A DNA stretch of 64,000 bases from Tubiluchus corallicola. Lineage: Eukaryota; Animalia; Priapulida. Shown here piece by piece: positions 27,901-41,800 of the stretch. A model generated the notes under the pieces. The model was not told where the DNA came from and searched no databases. It was given only the letters and a program-made list of their open reading frames with translations. How positions within the stretch are numbered: the first letter of the stretch is position 1; every line of letters begins with the position of its first letter. The stretch covers positions 930,001-994,000 of the forward strand of contig JAQGDQ010000024.1 of the NCBI GenBank assembly GCA_030141605.1, given 5' to 3'. Both the position numbers and the translations under genes were made by a program.

Positions 27901-29914
27901 CAAAAACGTCCAAGATTACAGTATCAACCTGCTCACATTGAAGCACTTCTGCTTCAAACAAAAGCACATCTTTTGTTGTTCATGACAAATTCAGCGTTTA
28001 CTTGACTGCTAATGTACTTCTCTTGTATTACGTATCTTGCACAAATCACCAGGAACTCTAAGACAGTAGCTGATTTTTGTATTAATTTAAAGAAAGGGGT
28101 ATTCTCTCTGCATTTACTAAACTACGAAATTTTATTTGGAGCCGGATAAGTCAAGAAACTTGTACATTCGCAGTTTGAGCAAAAAGGCCAGCTGAACAAC
28201 ACCAGCTCCAAGCACCCAAGCCATTCCAAATGACTGAATTTTCACATTAAGTGAATACACAAGCTTAGTCAAATAACAAGCAAATTTTTCTAAAAGTGAA
28301 AGCAATGCAAGCAAGTAGATATGCTTTGTGCCATGATCTAACCAACAACAGCTATTACTTAGATAATAAGGATTACCCTGCTAAAAATTGAATGAAAAAT
28401 GCTTTTATTTTATGCAATGACCTTTTTTAAATCTCAAAATTTTGCGTTATTATTATTATATCTCTGGAAGTACACACACACTGATAATTTAAAGTGCCCT
28501 TAATGACAGAAAAAAAATTATTCTAGGTTAGCAATAGTCCTAGCATGCACTATCACTTACTAATACAGTACATCCTGTACAATACTTATGCAAACATGCA
28601 CATGAACCCAATTACGTACCGTCAAAAGTTCATAGTTGATATTTCAAATTAAAATACCATAGTTGCTATAACAAAGCGTAAGTGTTAATTGTGAGAAATC
28701 TTATAATGTTAAGTCACAAAATGACAAAAAACTTAACTTTTCCTTCAATGCTCACTGAAATGAAGATGTTTCAAGCAATGGTGAGTGGATCAATTTATTT
28801 CAACTGTGGATACGAATTTTATGTTATTTTTTACTGATGTGGTTGAATTCACTTCATGTGTGTATAACGCTATTCAAACTAAATCCAGCACAATCATAGA
28901 TTCTACGACCAAACCAACTTTTGCAGACATAATAACCTGAGGAACACATAAGATGCGATTTCAGTTTTGTGATATGTGTTAATGAAAATAATGTTTGGAC
29001 TGGCAAAGTTTTTCCAAATTTTGGGTAACATAGCACTTGAGTCATGGTAATAGTTTAAAATAGAAATTTGTAAGTTGGGAAAAGACGTCAACTAAATCAA
29101 GGTCACCAAACAGCAATGCAGGAGTATGGCTTCTGTGGGAGAACCATGACCAAAGTTAAACCAATAAAACATGAAGATAATCTTATCACCCAAGCGTTGA
29201 TGGAAGTCAAAGATGAAAATGCAAATCCAAAGTATGCATTAATAAAGTATAAATTAAAATTATAACATATATTAAAGAGATGACATGCATTTTTTAACTA
29301 AATGATGCATAAGAAAGAAGTCACACTGAGGTTGCTACAAAAGTGCCATGGGTCAAGGTATGCAACTTGTCAATGTAACATCTTTGTTCCTACGTGAAAT
29401 ATCATTGTACCATACTAAATAAGTATCAGGTAAAGGCAGAAGACCCAAGACAATTCTCTCAAAGGTTTACACAAAAAGCTCAGCTTTGAAGTCAAGAGAT
29501 GATGCAGCATAGACTTCTTCTGCCTAATTAACCACCTGTTGTACGAAGAAATCGTGCAACATTACAACAAAGCCTGTGGGTTTCTTTTTTCACACATTAC
29601 TTCAGATGTTCATTCATAAATAATTCGGATATTCTAGCTTAGCAAAGAACAATGCTGAGCTATCTTTATCAAACACTGCTCTACATAGCAAAGCAATCTT
29701 TCACAGACATACACTACTCAGAAACACTTTAAATGCAATCTCAGTGAGAAATAACTAATCAGTCTTAACTTAGTAGCAAACATTTACAGAAGCTATAACT
29801 GTATGACCACACGTATTAAATAGGTCGAGTTCCAATTTTTCCGATTTCCCTCTTTTTATCGTATTTGGATTAAATAAGTAAATTGACTCCATAATTAATA
29901 AACAATCCTGCAAA

Positions 29915-29951
<37 letters not shown>

Positions 29952-32900
29952 TTCTCATGTGTTATGATGGCAGGCACATGCACCACAATTATTGTCATGC
30001 TCTTACTGTGGAAGAATCTAATCCGGTGACAAAGCATTCCAAAAAAGCAGAGTTGCCAACATCTACCGTCTGTGGTGGGCTAATTTCTTCAATTACCACA
30101 TTTTCATTGGAACCTAGGTGCACAATCATGTATCTTTTATGTATGAAAAAATATATGAACTTTAGACCCCACCATTCACATTAGAACAAGGCACAGAGAA
30201 GTACTATTACTATTGACTTATTTAATAAATAAATAAACAACCAAGTTAAAAAACAATAAATACAATATATTATATACATAATTAACAATTAAAAAGTTTA
30301 CACAAAATTAACAGTATTATACTTAATAAGTTAAAGAAATCACAAGTACAGTTTATTACGATGTACAATTAAAAAACTTGAATAAATTTAGCTATTCTAT
30401 GATTAACAAAATCGAGCAATGACCAAAACAATTCAGTAATTAATAATTATTTTCAGTCTATTATGAACGACAATATATTTACAGGTAACATTAATTTTGC
30501 GGATGGTCTATATTTGAACCCTAATTTTTAACAATTTGGCAGTAACATCCTATGCAATATGAATTCCTTTTAATGCCTCAAGGGAGACAATGTCACTCAC
30601 ACATCCAATTATTTCAAGTTAAATTCGTTAGAACCAGGAGTGTTTTATATATATATAAATATATATATATATATACTGAAGGTTAAGCAATTTAGAATTT
30701 AGAAATTTGATCCTGCCTGCGTGGGATCATGTATGTCGCTTACAAACATAAATTAAGTAATTTTAAGTTAATCCCAAAGTCATGAATGGCTCCAATAAAA
30801 GTCATTGTCAGACAGTGTGCACGTGAAGTCATCATACCATGTGATAACCTTTTGATAACTTTGTATTATGGATGTTCTGGTTCTATGTACAGCCTCAGCA
30901 AAAACAATGTGATAAAATGCCATTAATAGTGGGGTTAAGCAAAAGCGCAATTTTGCATAACGCAAGCTGAAAATGTACAACGAGAACTAGTATAGCTCAG
31001 CTCATAGCACATAAATCTTTCCAGGCTTTTCAAATTTTGGATGTTGTTCATCCGGGTGTTTTTGACAATGAGCCAAGTCAATCTTCATTTTCAATATTTT
31101 CCGCAAAAACCAAGGCTACACTTTCACATTGTTTTTGCTCCACATTACACCTATTCATTTAAAAAGTTTCATTTATTTTTGAAATTTTTTACAGAAGTAA
31201 TTTACCAAGTAGTAAAATTTTTTGCCATATCTATCATACTTTCATCACATAACATAAAGTTTTGATAATGTTTTATCTCACATATGTCTTTTTAACTCTA
31301 GGTTAAAGAAAGAAATTAAAACGAATAAAACTAAATTGGTACATTGGTAGCAAGCCAGGAAAATGAACACTTAAAAGTGTAAGTAAGAATAAATACCTCC
31401 AACTACCAATCGCACGTCATCAGAATTATCATCGTCGTCGGTGACTTTACAACGGTACAGTCCCTCATCGCTTTCTCTCACACGGTCTATGGACAGGGTA
31501 AATATGTCAACATCTCCACTACTTCGTTGATCAATATCAATGCGAGAATTGCTTGTAAGCACATCTTCACCCTCAGTTAGAATATCTTCATCAGAACCAT
31601 CCAGTTTTATCCACTGGACCTGTAAGTTTGTATGAACAAGTCAGCACTGTACGACAAACAAGTATAATCTATAAGTGATTTTCTTTATTCAAATCAAAGG
31701 ATCGTTTGATAGCAAATTTTTGAGTACGAAGAATGTAAAAGCCATAAATGATTCGATGTTAGATTAAGAACAGACTCACAGAGCTTACAGAGAAATCTAT
31801 TTACAAAGCCTTGGCATAAAAGGAGAAAAGGTAGCTAGCCTAGTTCTTAGCCATTTTTCTTCCCCTAGTACATGGCCACTATGAGTAAGTAGTCAATTAA
31901 ATGAGTAAGGAGACCCAGCAATGCGGCCAGAAAGTCCTATCTGAGTGGAATTTGACTAGAAAAATCCGGACGTGAACAAAATTCGAACCCAGATTCCTGG
32001 ATCGGACCACTCGGTCATGCCACTAGACCGCAAAGTCATTTTATGTGCGGAAAACACACAGAACAAATTCAGTTGCTCTCAGGTCCACCTGCATTTCCAT
32101 AATGTGACTGGTACTGAAAAAACCTTACGTAATATAATTAATATTACTGCATAATGATGTGCAAAAATACCCTACTGTTAATAGGCAGAGATTATTCAGT
32201 TTGTAAGTGCATTAATTCAGGCATCATAATTTGCCAAACAAAAAATTTGTTGTGCAGTAGCATGCACTAGAAAACAGTCTTAGTTAAAAAAACTGACAAA
32301 CATTTGTGCTTGCAGCAATGCAGGTACTTCTATAAAGGAAAAAATACGTTACATAAACACAGTATTCTGAATTTCAGAATCAACTCTGCAAAAGTGGCCA
32401 CTTCAATAAAGATATCTACCAAAGTGCTTATCCTCATATAACAACTAGTTCTGCCTGCTCACTACATGTGCATATTTTACAGTACAGAACAAAGACTATA
32501 AAAACCAGACAAATTAGCTGGCTTAAGTACAATTTTTCATAAAAGTTGACAATAAGAAGCTCATTAGGTAACTAGTTTAAACTCTCTACAGAATTTAAAC
32601 CATGTAAAGCACTCACAGTATAATCTCCAAGGTTGGACACTTCACACCTCAAGCTGGCATCATCACTAAGGTCAACCCGGTCACCAGTAGCATCTTCTAT
32701 CTTAGGAATGTCACCCCTAACATCAAGAGTGGTGTCATCCGAAACGGGATCATCATTGGTAGTTTTGCATCTGTAAGAGCCATCATCTGACGTCTGCACT
32801 CGACTTATTTCTAATGTGAAAATTTCTTCTCCTCCGGAAGTTCTTTGTGACACATCAATTCTTCTATTGCTTGTTAACACATCTTCGCCTTCAGTCAAAA

Positions 32901-35704
32901 TTTCATCTTCACGACCTCTACTATCAAGCGTGATCCACTGAACCTACAAAAAAAGGTTACAGGGAGATAAAACACCTATTATGAAAAGGAGCGGAACACA
33001 AATTCCATAATTGACTGGCCTGGCCACTCATAAACTAACACTTGTTACATCTCGCAAGATCCACGAGAATTATAATCACTAAAGTTGATTAAAAATCAAT
33101 AAAAAGAATTGCAATTCATTGAGTATACTTTAAGTACACCCATTATCAATACAAAATTTGCACTACACAGTTTATACCTAAAGTATGCACTTTACTTTAA
33201 GCTATTTTAGGCATTAAGAATCTTGCTCATGGCTAAAAATTCACACATTTGTTTTACGCTCAAAAACTACAATAGAAATCTGTGTGAGTCCAATTTGCTA
33301 AACAAAACACATAATTTTACTGTTGTAATTTGTGTCTGTGTATCAAAGAGAAATACTGCATATTGTGTCATCAACTATAAGCGATTCCGATTCACTGCAA
33401 TGTTGAAACTTTGCAAATTAGTCCTGCTACACAGTTTGATGAATCAGTGTCGCTGTAGAAAGCAAAGTTTAAAAAATATTGGGTATTTCATCTAAAATCA
33501 CGGATAGACAGAATATACTCTAGGTTATCATCAGCAAGAAAAATGAGGCTCTTCAAAATTTCAAAAACTACAGCTGAATATTTGTGCGAATGTTTGATTA
33601 TGATTTTCATCTCTAGCAGTTGCCATGGCAAAGAAGCAGAAGAAACAGCAGCTAGGCCTTTTGTCACGCAGATATGCAAGTTTTTGTGAGTGCGAGATAA
33701 TTCTCACTTCTTGTACAAACACTAAGTTTTTTAGGCACGATTGCTGTTTGTTGAATACGATTCTTCTCATCTAAACTCAATAAAACTAAAGTGGAGAGAC
33801 TATAAAAAAGCATTGTTTAGTAGTTTAGTTATGCATTGCTTTATTTCACTTGCCAATGATAAGCATACAATACAAAGTTTTTATAGACTTTAGGTAAAAG
33901 TTTCAACAACAATACTCCATCTAATAACTTTAACCTGCGCCCACGCCACATTATCATTAACTAAAACCATCCTCCTACCGTTGAACTCTCAAGACCAGAA
34001 ACATAGCACTCCAATGCTGCATCGTCGCCAACATCAACGCTGTCGCCAACTATTTCCTCAATCTGTGGCTCCTCTGAACCGCCAACTTGTAAACTCGTTT
34101 CATCACTTGCAGGATTCGAATTTGTAGTTTTACATCTGTAGCGCCCACTGTCCGATGAACGCGATCGCGAAATGGTCAATCTGAAAACCTCTTCGCTGCC
34201 ACTTGACGTCTGATCAATATCAAAGCGAGAATCATCAATTAGTACATCCTCACCCTCTGTCAACACTCTTTCTCTAGAACCATCAAGTTTAATCCACTGA
34301 ACCTATAAAATAAAAATGAAAGCAAATGAGGATTTACACTTTGCTCAATATCTTAGAACATTTGCAAAGCATTTCTGTAGATTTCATGTACCAATAGTAT
34401 TTCTACAAACTACATTCATATATTTTACTTTCGTTCTTAACAGTATAGTTATCAGTCACATTTTTATTTATTTAATATAAATTTAAATAATGATACCCAC
34501 GTTTTACAAAATTGTCATAATATTGACAATCTTGTCAATTAGCACATATTAATTTTAATTATCTACTAAAATGAAAAAAAGTGATTTGTCATTATGGCAA
34601 AATATCTCCATATACTTACTGTAGACCTGGCTAGACCTGTTACATAACATCTCAGTGTTGCAGTGTCACCAACATCAACATCATCACCAACAATTTCTTC
34701 TATATTAGGACTTTCCCCATTGTTCCCATCTATTTGAAGAGTTGCATCGTCAAAGACTGGGTCTGGATTTGTTGTCTTGCATCTATAATTACCATCATCC
34801 GAAGTCCGTGTTCTTGATATTCTCAAAGTAAATTCGTCCCTGTCGCGGATTGATCGAGTCGTCACTGATATTCTTGTATCGGATGTGATTCGCTTATTCC
34901 CCTCTGTAAGAACTTCATCTTCTCTGTTTCTACTGTCCAACGTGATCCACTGAGCCTGCAATGTAAGATCATACACTGCCTTAAACATGAGATACACAAG
35001 TGATCTACCTCCAATATTAACTCTGAAAAATATGCGTTCAATTTAAGTAATTTAAATCTGCTTACAGTAGATTCAGTAAGCCCTGATATAGAGCACGTCA
35101 ATCTTGCACTGTCTCCTCTGTCTACATCATCACCACTTATTGATTCAATTCTTGGATCTTCACTTGTTCCTAAAAAACATACATACACAAAATACTACAA
35201 ACATGTTATAAAAAATTGTTGTAAAAGTAATAATACCACAACCAAAAATTTTTGTCTATGAAAATTAAAACATTAGTGGTTTTGGATAAATTAATTTCTC
35301 GGGAAATAACCATGAAAATAACCGTGAACTTTAGCAGCAATAACAATGCTAGGCAAACATGACAGTTTCTGTTAAACAATAATCACTTAATCAATGGAGA
35401 GTTGAATGCGGAAAAAGTGGATTATGTTCATCTTCATCTGGTTCATCAGTTGGAAAAACTCGCATAGCATTTTTTCAAGTCAAGTTTCAACAAACTATTT
35501 TTTAACTATTTCTTTCCTTATCTTACTAGCCATCGGGTTATTGCTATAAGAATTAATAATCTCTACCATATCACATTTAACATCCATATCACTATTTGGT
35601 AGAACAGGTTCTTTTATTTAACTTGACAGTATTAATAACAAGGACATTGATAATGATTATGATGATGATGATGATGTGATGATAATGATGAAGAAGAAGA
35701 AGAC

Positions 35705-35750
<46 letters not shown>

Positions 35751-35775
35751 TGATGATAATGATGAAGAAGAAGAC

Positions 35776-35865
<90 letters not shown>

Positions 35866-38800
35866 AATGATATTTTAATGCATTTACGTAATAATCAAAT
35901 ACATTCTTTCAATATAAAGCACCAATAAAAAACACAGTAATCTTAAGTCTAAATTCATTTCTAAAATATGTAAATCATAAAAAGGTGGCATTAAATAATT
36001 AAAAAGTTCATTGATTGTGACAAGCAAACCAAAAACATAAAAAACAGACAAGTAATACTAAATGACAGAAAAACACACACACTGATTAAATATACTTAAT
36101 TTCAGTTAGAGAAAGCTTCATTAAAGTAAACAAATTATCATACACATTTTCGACCTCTCATACAATTTGATATGCAGTTCTGCAGTTGTATGCCTATAGT
36201 GGCAGGGAATTAAAATGCTGGGGTACAGCATGATATGAAGAACTTATTGCAGCATGTAATAAACCTGGTACAGGACACTTCAGATTACTTCTAGATTTCA
36301 CTAATATCTTTTGTGAAAATCTTCTAATATTTTATTTTGTAAGTTAAAGTTAAGAATATTTATAAGCATTGTTTATATATGGGAAGCCATCAACAGACAA
36401 TCATTCATAACTACCGTAACAGCAAACGACTTCTGCATTTAAGCATAATTGTTTACTTTCACTAGAAAAAATTTGATGCCTAAAGGGAGTTAACCTTTTA
36501 AAGGGATGATATGATTACTTGGCTAATCCTAGGGAAAAACCGATCGTTTGTTTTGTCATTTTTATGCTATTTCTGCTTAGCTAAAATCATTTGATAAACT
36601 GAATAAAATTGCTGACATTCATTTTTGTCAAACTGAAAAAACAAACATCAAATACAATAAAAATTCTCACCAGAAACAGTAACTTCAACATCCTTAGAAA
36701 CTGGTCTTGAATTAGTGGTTTCACATCGGTATGTTCCTTCATCGTCCCTTTCAACATCATTAATTGTAAGCACAAATATTTCCTGATCGCGATAGAACTC
36801 TTTGTCAATATCAATTCTGTCATCATCAGTTTCAACACGTGTTCCCCTGGTCAATACAGTTGCACTACTGCCTTCCATAAGCTGCCACTCAGCCTAAACA
36901 GCATAAGAACAAACCTCAAATGACCAGAGTATTACACAGCACTCTTAACACAAAACAGTATTGCATACAAGGCATAGACAGACTACTAATGAATTTTGTC
37001 ATTATTATATTTATTACAAAAATTTATTATAAAAACAGAAATACACCTCATGCAAAGAAATAAAATAAACAGATCAACAATACATCTTTCTTGCGTTTAA
37101 TTGCATTTAGCTGGTTTGACTCAGAAATGGGTAGCAAAGAAAATGAAAGCGTCATAGTACATCTCGAGATAATCTTTTAGAAACATTGCATTTGGTATAG
37201 TTTTCCTGGGATGAAACCGAAAAATAATTGAAATATAGGAAACTTTTACTTAGAGAATTTTCTTTTTTTGTTCAAGTAGCTGTAACAGAATATCTTGACT
37301 TTGTTGACAATCAAAACCCATGCTAGTTTAATATTTCACGCTTTACATATCTCTTTACATATCTCATAATATCTTTTCAATTTTGAAAAATTTGACTGCT
37401 ATTTTGATTCAGGTTTACATTTGTTGATGACAAACTCTTAATGTATCCAGGAGAATAGCAATAATCAGCAATAGAAACTTTTTGTAATTTAGTAAAAGTG
37501 ATTTTCACTTACAAAGTTATAAGTATAACTACACAGTTTTAAGTACACAGTAAAGTACTACAAAAGTACACAGTTTTAAGCATACACCACAAAAATAATT
37601 TTGGTAATACCTACCAACAAAAAGGTGACTTTTAGATGACAAAGAGCTCAAAATAAAAAAAAGCAAGAATGTTTCTTACTGTATTGCTTCCAGTAAGGCC
37701 TTGTACAAAGCATTCAAGCACTAGGTTGTATCCTGGCTTTATATCCATATCATCAGTAATGTCAGCAATAGCAACACCAGATGGTAAACTACCTAAAACA
37801 ACAAATAACAAAAATTGAGTAATGCACAGAATATTCTAGTAACAAATAAAAGTAATATTTTTTATCATTTTACACGCACTTGCTTTCCAACTGATGGAAA
37901 AATGAAAATGAAAAATGAATTAATTACTAATTAGTATCGTGCCCTAATTTTAACAGTAAAAAATTAAGAAAAGCTATGCAGTCTTTCGTTTTTTACTATT
38001 TTCAATAAATAAAATAAATATTTTGAAAATTTACCAAAACAAATATCTAAAAAATATAAAAAATAAAGATATTTTCTGGAAAATCAAAAAATGAATTTGC
38101 ACCAATTAAATGAAAATGTGGATTAGGCAAAGCACTGGATAAAGATTACTAATTTAAAATGTTACCCAAAAATACTGATACCATCAATGAACAATGAAAC
38201 TTTTTGTACCAACATTTTGTGATAGAAGAGAACTGAATGTAGGTGGAACAGACAAACATACTGGTGCACAACACATTTGTCATGAAATGTCGGAAGCTGC
38301 ATTAATTGCAGACTCTGACATCTCACTAGTTGCAGTGGTTAGGCCTAAATGTCTCCCCTGTACTAACTTGCTATAGTCAGCATCGCCTAATATCTACAGT
38401 ATTAGCTGTCCTATAATGATTTACGTATTAATCACCTAAGCAATTATACTGCTCTATGTAAAGTTTGCTACTGAATGACCTTCTATATTATTTCTAGCTT
38501 ATAAATATCTGTTTGCAAATTTTGCACTTCGTCAGTCATTCTAGCCTTGGTACAGCAGAACGTCTATCCATTGTTTATGATTTATGTTTATACATTTTTG
38601 GAACAGAATAATAGTTAGTTTCATTGATACATTAAATTACTAATTACTATCAGTTTTAGGTTTAACTGCTTTCAATTCTTTAGGAAATCAACAGTATTAC
38701 TAATTTTGTTTTTATACAATTTAATTATCAGCCATTTATCATTGAATGTTTATAATGTTTTGCTGATGTAATAATTTGATAATTGTTATTGTCTAGCCAT

Positions 38801-41800
38801 GTAAATAGAATTTAAAAACTAAAGTAAATCTTCATCTTTTATTTTCAGCTTTCAACACCTACAGCACACTACAACACGCTCATAATAAAATTCTAATTTT
38901 GCTTAAACTATAGTTTACTTAGAGCTCCGTGACATCAGTTTATGGCGGAATCATTCATCAACCTTCTCCATCTCTCACATCTTTTCCATTTTTACAATAA
39001 AAACCCCTTCATTAAAACTGTTCACAATCTAATCCGTCAGAACCTGATCTGTGATGGCTTTCATTAAAATAAGCTTTTCAATCATCCATGCACTAAAACA
39101 CTAAGCTGGCATTAAAACAAATAAGTTGAGAAAGCATAGTGTTACTGATCTGCACTTGTTAAATCTCTGCATTCCCACCTAGGGTTCGTCTTGGTACACT
39201 ACAACTATTGTGCTGATTTACTACATGTATTTTCAAGAACTTTGAGTTATGAGTTTCAAGCTTTATATTATTCAAATTACTTTTCTCTTCCTTATAATTT
39301 TGTGGATTTTCTATCTGTTTAGCACTACAAATTTACTACCTGGTTACAGTACAGAATGCTCATTAAAAACTTGAATAATAATTTAGATACAGAAAAAATG
39401 GATTGCAACGAGATTCTGATCACAGCTTTTTCTTTGTGAAGCGATCTTTCCGATAGCTGAAATAATGTCAAGCGTCTATTAAAAATGATACGAAGATGGT
39501 AACCTTAACATCATTAACAAGCAGAATGGCAAAACTTACCACGGACTGTAACTCTAACACTGTCTGAATCTCCTCCTCTGTTAGTTGTTTCACATTGATA
39601 AGTTCCGCCATCTGTATCTTGAACGTTGGAAATACTCAGAACAAATGTACGTCTAGAATTACCGCCCTGGCGTTCTATGCTTATTCTGCGATTATTCACC
39701 AGTTTCCTAGTTCCACGTGTCAAAACACTTCCACCCAAACTCCATTCCACCTTTCATAAATATATCAAAGTAAATACAATCAGACAAGTACAACCACACA
39801 ACAACAGTAATAATCAAAACTACAGTTAACAAGAAAAAATTCTTTGTTTTTGAAAGGCATGTACAAGTGCGGAAGTATAAGCCAAACATTTTCCTGCAAC
39901 CAGATTATTGTACAACTTTCAACTTCTAGCTCAAACACAATTCTAGAGGAAGAACCAAAGGAAGTTAATAAAACTAATGACTAGAGAAGACTCACTTTTA
40001 CAAGCCTTTAATAATGCATATCAACGTAAGAGAAAATAAAAGTACCACACTAAATTACAAAGACAAACAGGCAAAATATACTTACGGTGGCAGTAATTAA
40101 GCCAGTAACTGTACATTCTAGTTCCAATTTCTCACCAATATTTACTCGTGTTGATGACGAAATATCAACGATTTCAGGATCCTCAACACTAGTGCCTGAA
40201 AATTAATATACATAAATGTCTATTAACTAGTTCATCCATGGTTTTTGTAAGTGAACACATCAATTCAGATGTTGCAAACATTTTCTTACCAAACCTTATG
40301 CATTTCATGTGGCACAGGCTTTTGATCAGAAATAAAAAAATTAAACAGTATATATGTATATATAAAAACAACCAAATGAGCCAATTTAAAGCAACTTAAT
40401 CCACTTACACCTACACCAGCCTTTATAGGTTTGATTTGCTGCTTTGTGCACAATATCAACTTTATAATGTTTTTGGCTTTGACGTGAACAGCATCCGCAA
40501 AATGTAGGCAAATAAAGCAGGGTAACATTGTCATTTAAAATTTTTAATTCATTTACAATTCCAACTTTACAAAACAATGTCTTCAAAAGCATACCTATAT
40601 TATTATCACATGACTTTATTGTAATACGTATTTACATAATACGGATTGTGATGATGCTTGAAATAGGAACAAAGTGACACGTTTGTCAGCAATCTTTGTT
40701 TCAACATATATTTTAAAATCTTCACTTTCAATTAGATCTTACTTACCGGAGTCAACTGTCAATGTTGGGAAGGTGTCACATTGTGAGAAATGGGATAAAG
40801 GACAGTACAAGTCTGTAATTTTAGGATGTTGGGACATTCCTGTCAACTTTGTGACAACCATGGAAAAATCGAGAAATCTGGCAATATTAGAGAGAGTAGT
40901 ACTAACCTACAGCAAGAATGAGTTCATCTGACACAGGATCGTCATTAGTTGTTTCACATCTGTATGTACCGCTGTCACTCCTCGTCACATCCATAATTGT
41001 CAGAACAAACACTTTCTCGCCAAGAAACTTATCAACTTCGATTTCAAATCTTCTGTCTCTGATTTCCAAGTCATCGTCAGTGCTAATGAGAGTTTCATCA
41101 CCACGATCATCAATGTGAGTCCAAGTTGCCTAAAATACATTAATAGTTTAACGAATATTTAAACAAACTGTCTGCAAACCATAAACATAAAACAACCATA
41201 GCCCAGTCTAAAAACTTAAATGAAAAATTACATTTAACCAATGAGTAAAATTTTTTATACACTTTAGCGCACTGCAAGGTAAATACAGCACTTAAAGGTA
41301 ACAACTAATCAATGTTTACTAGAGCTAGAGCCTTGCTCCTTATTAGAGTTGAAATGAATTGAATTTATCGACCAACAGGGATAAAGCATATTAATAATAC
41401 ATCACACACAATGTTATAATATCTTGGTCCAAATAATCACGCAGTTAAAAATACAGGCTTACAATGAATAAAGTGATTACAACAAAATCATGTCAGATAG
41501 TTAAAAATATAAAAGGTACGACAAATACAACACTTATTTAAAATAAAGAACTATATTTGAAGACAACTGCAGGATCAGAAAATGCGAACAGCTTCCTAAT
41601 TTTTTTGAATGAATAATTAAAATATGAATAATGAATACAGAGATATCCGTCAACACAGCAGAGGTGTCTCAGCGACGTATGGAGGTATATGTATATGTAT
41701 AAACCCTCTCCAAGAATAAACAGCAAGGTATGATACCACACAGAACATATATGAAACCCAAGTGGCCATTGACCACTGCTAGTTCCCAGAATGTCAATTT

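Noticed and set aside
35649-35872. Poly-Asp coding region
   Set aside because: Microsatellite reading as Asp only on the strand opposite the gene, with frame interruptions and no splice support
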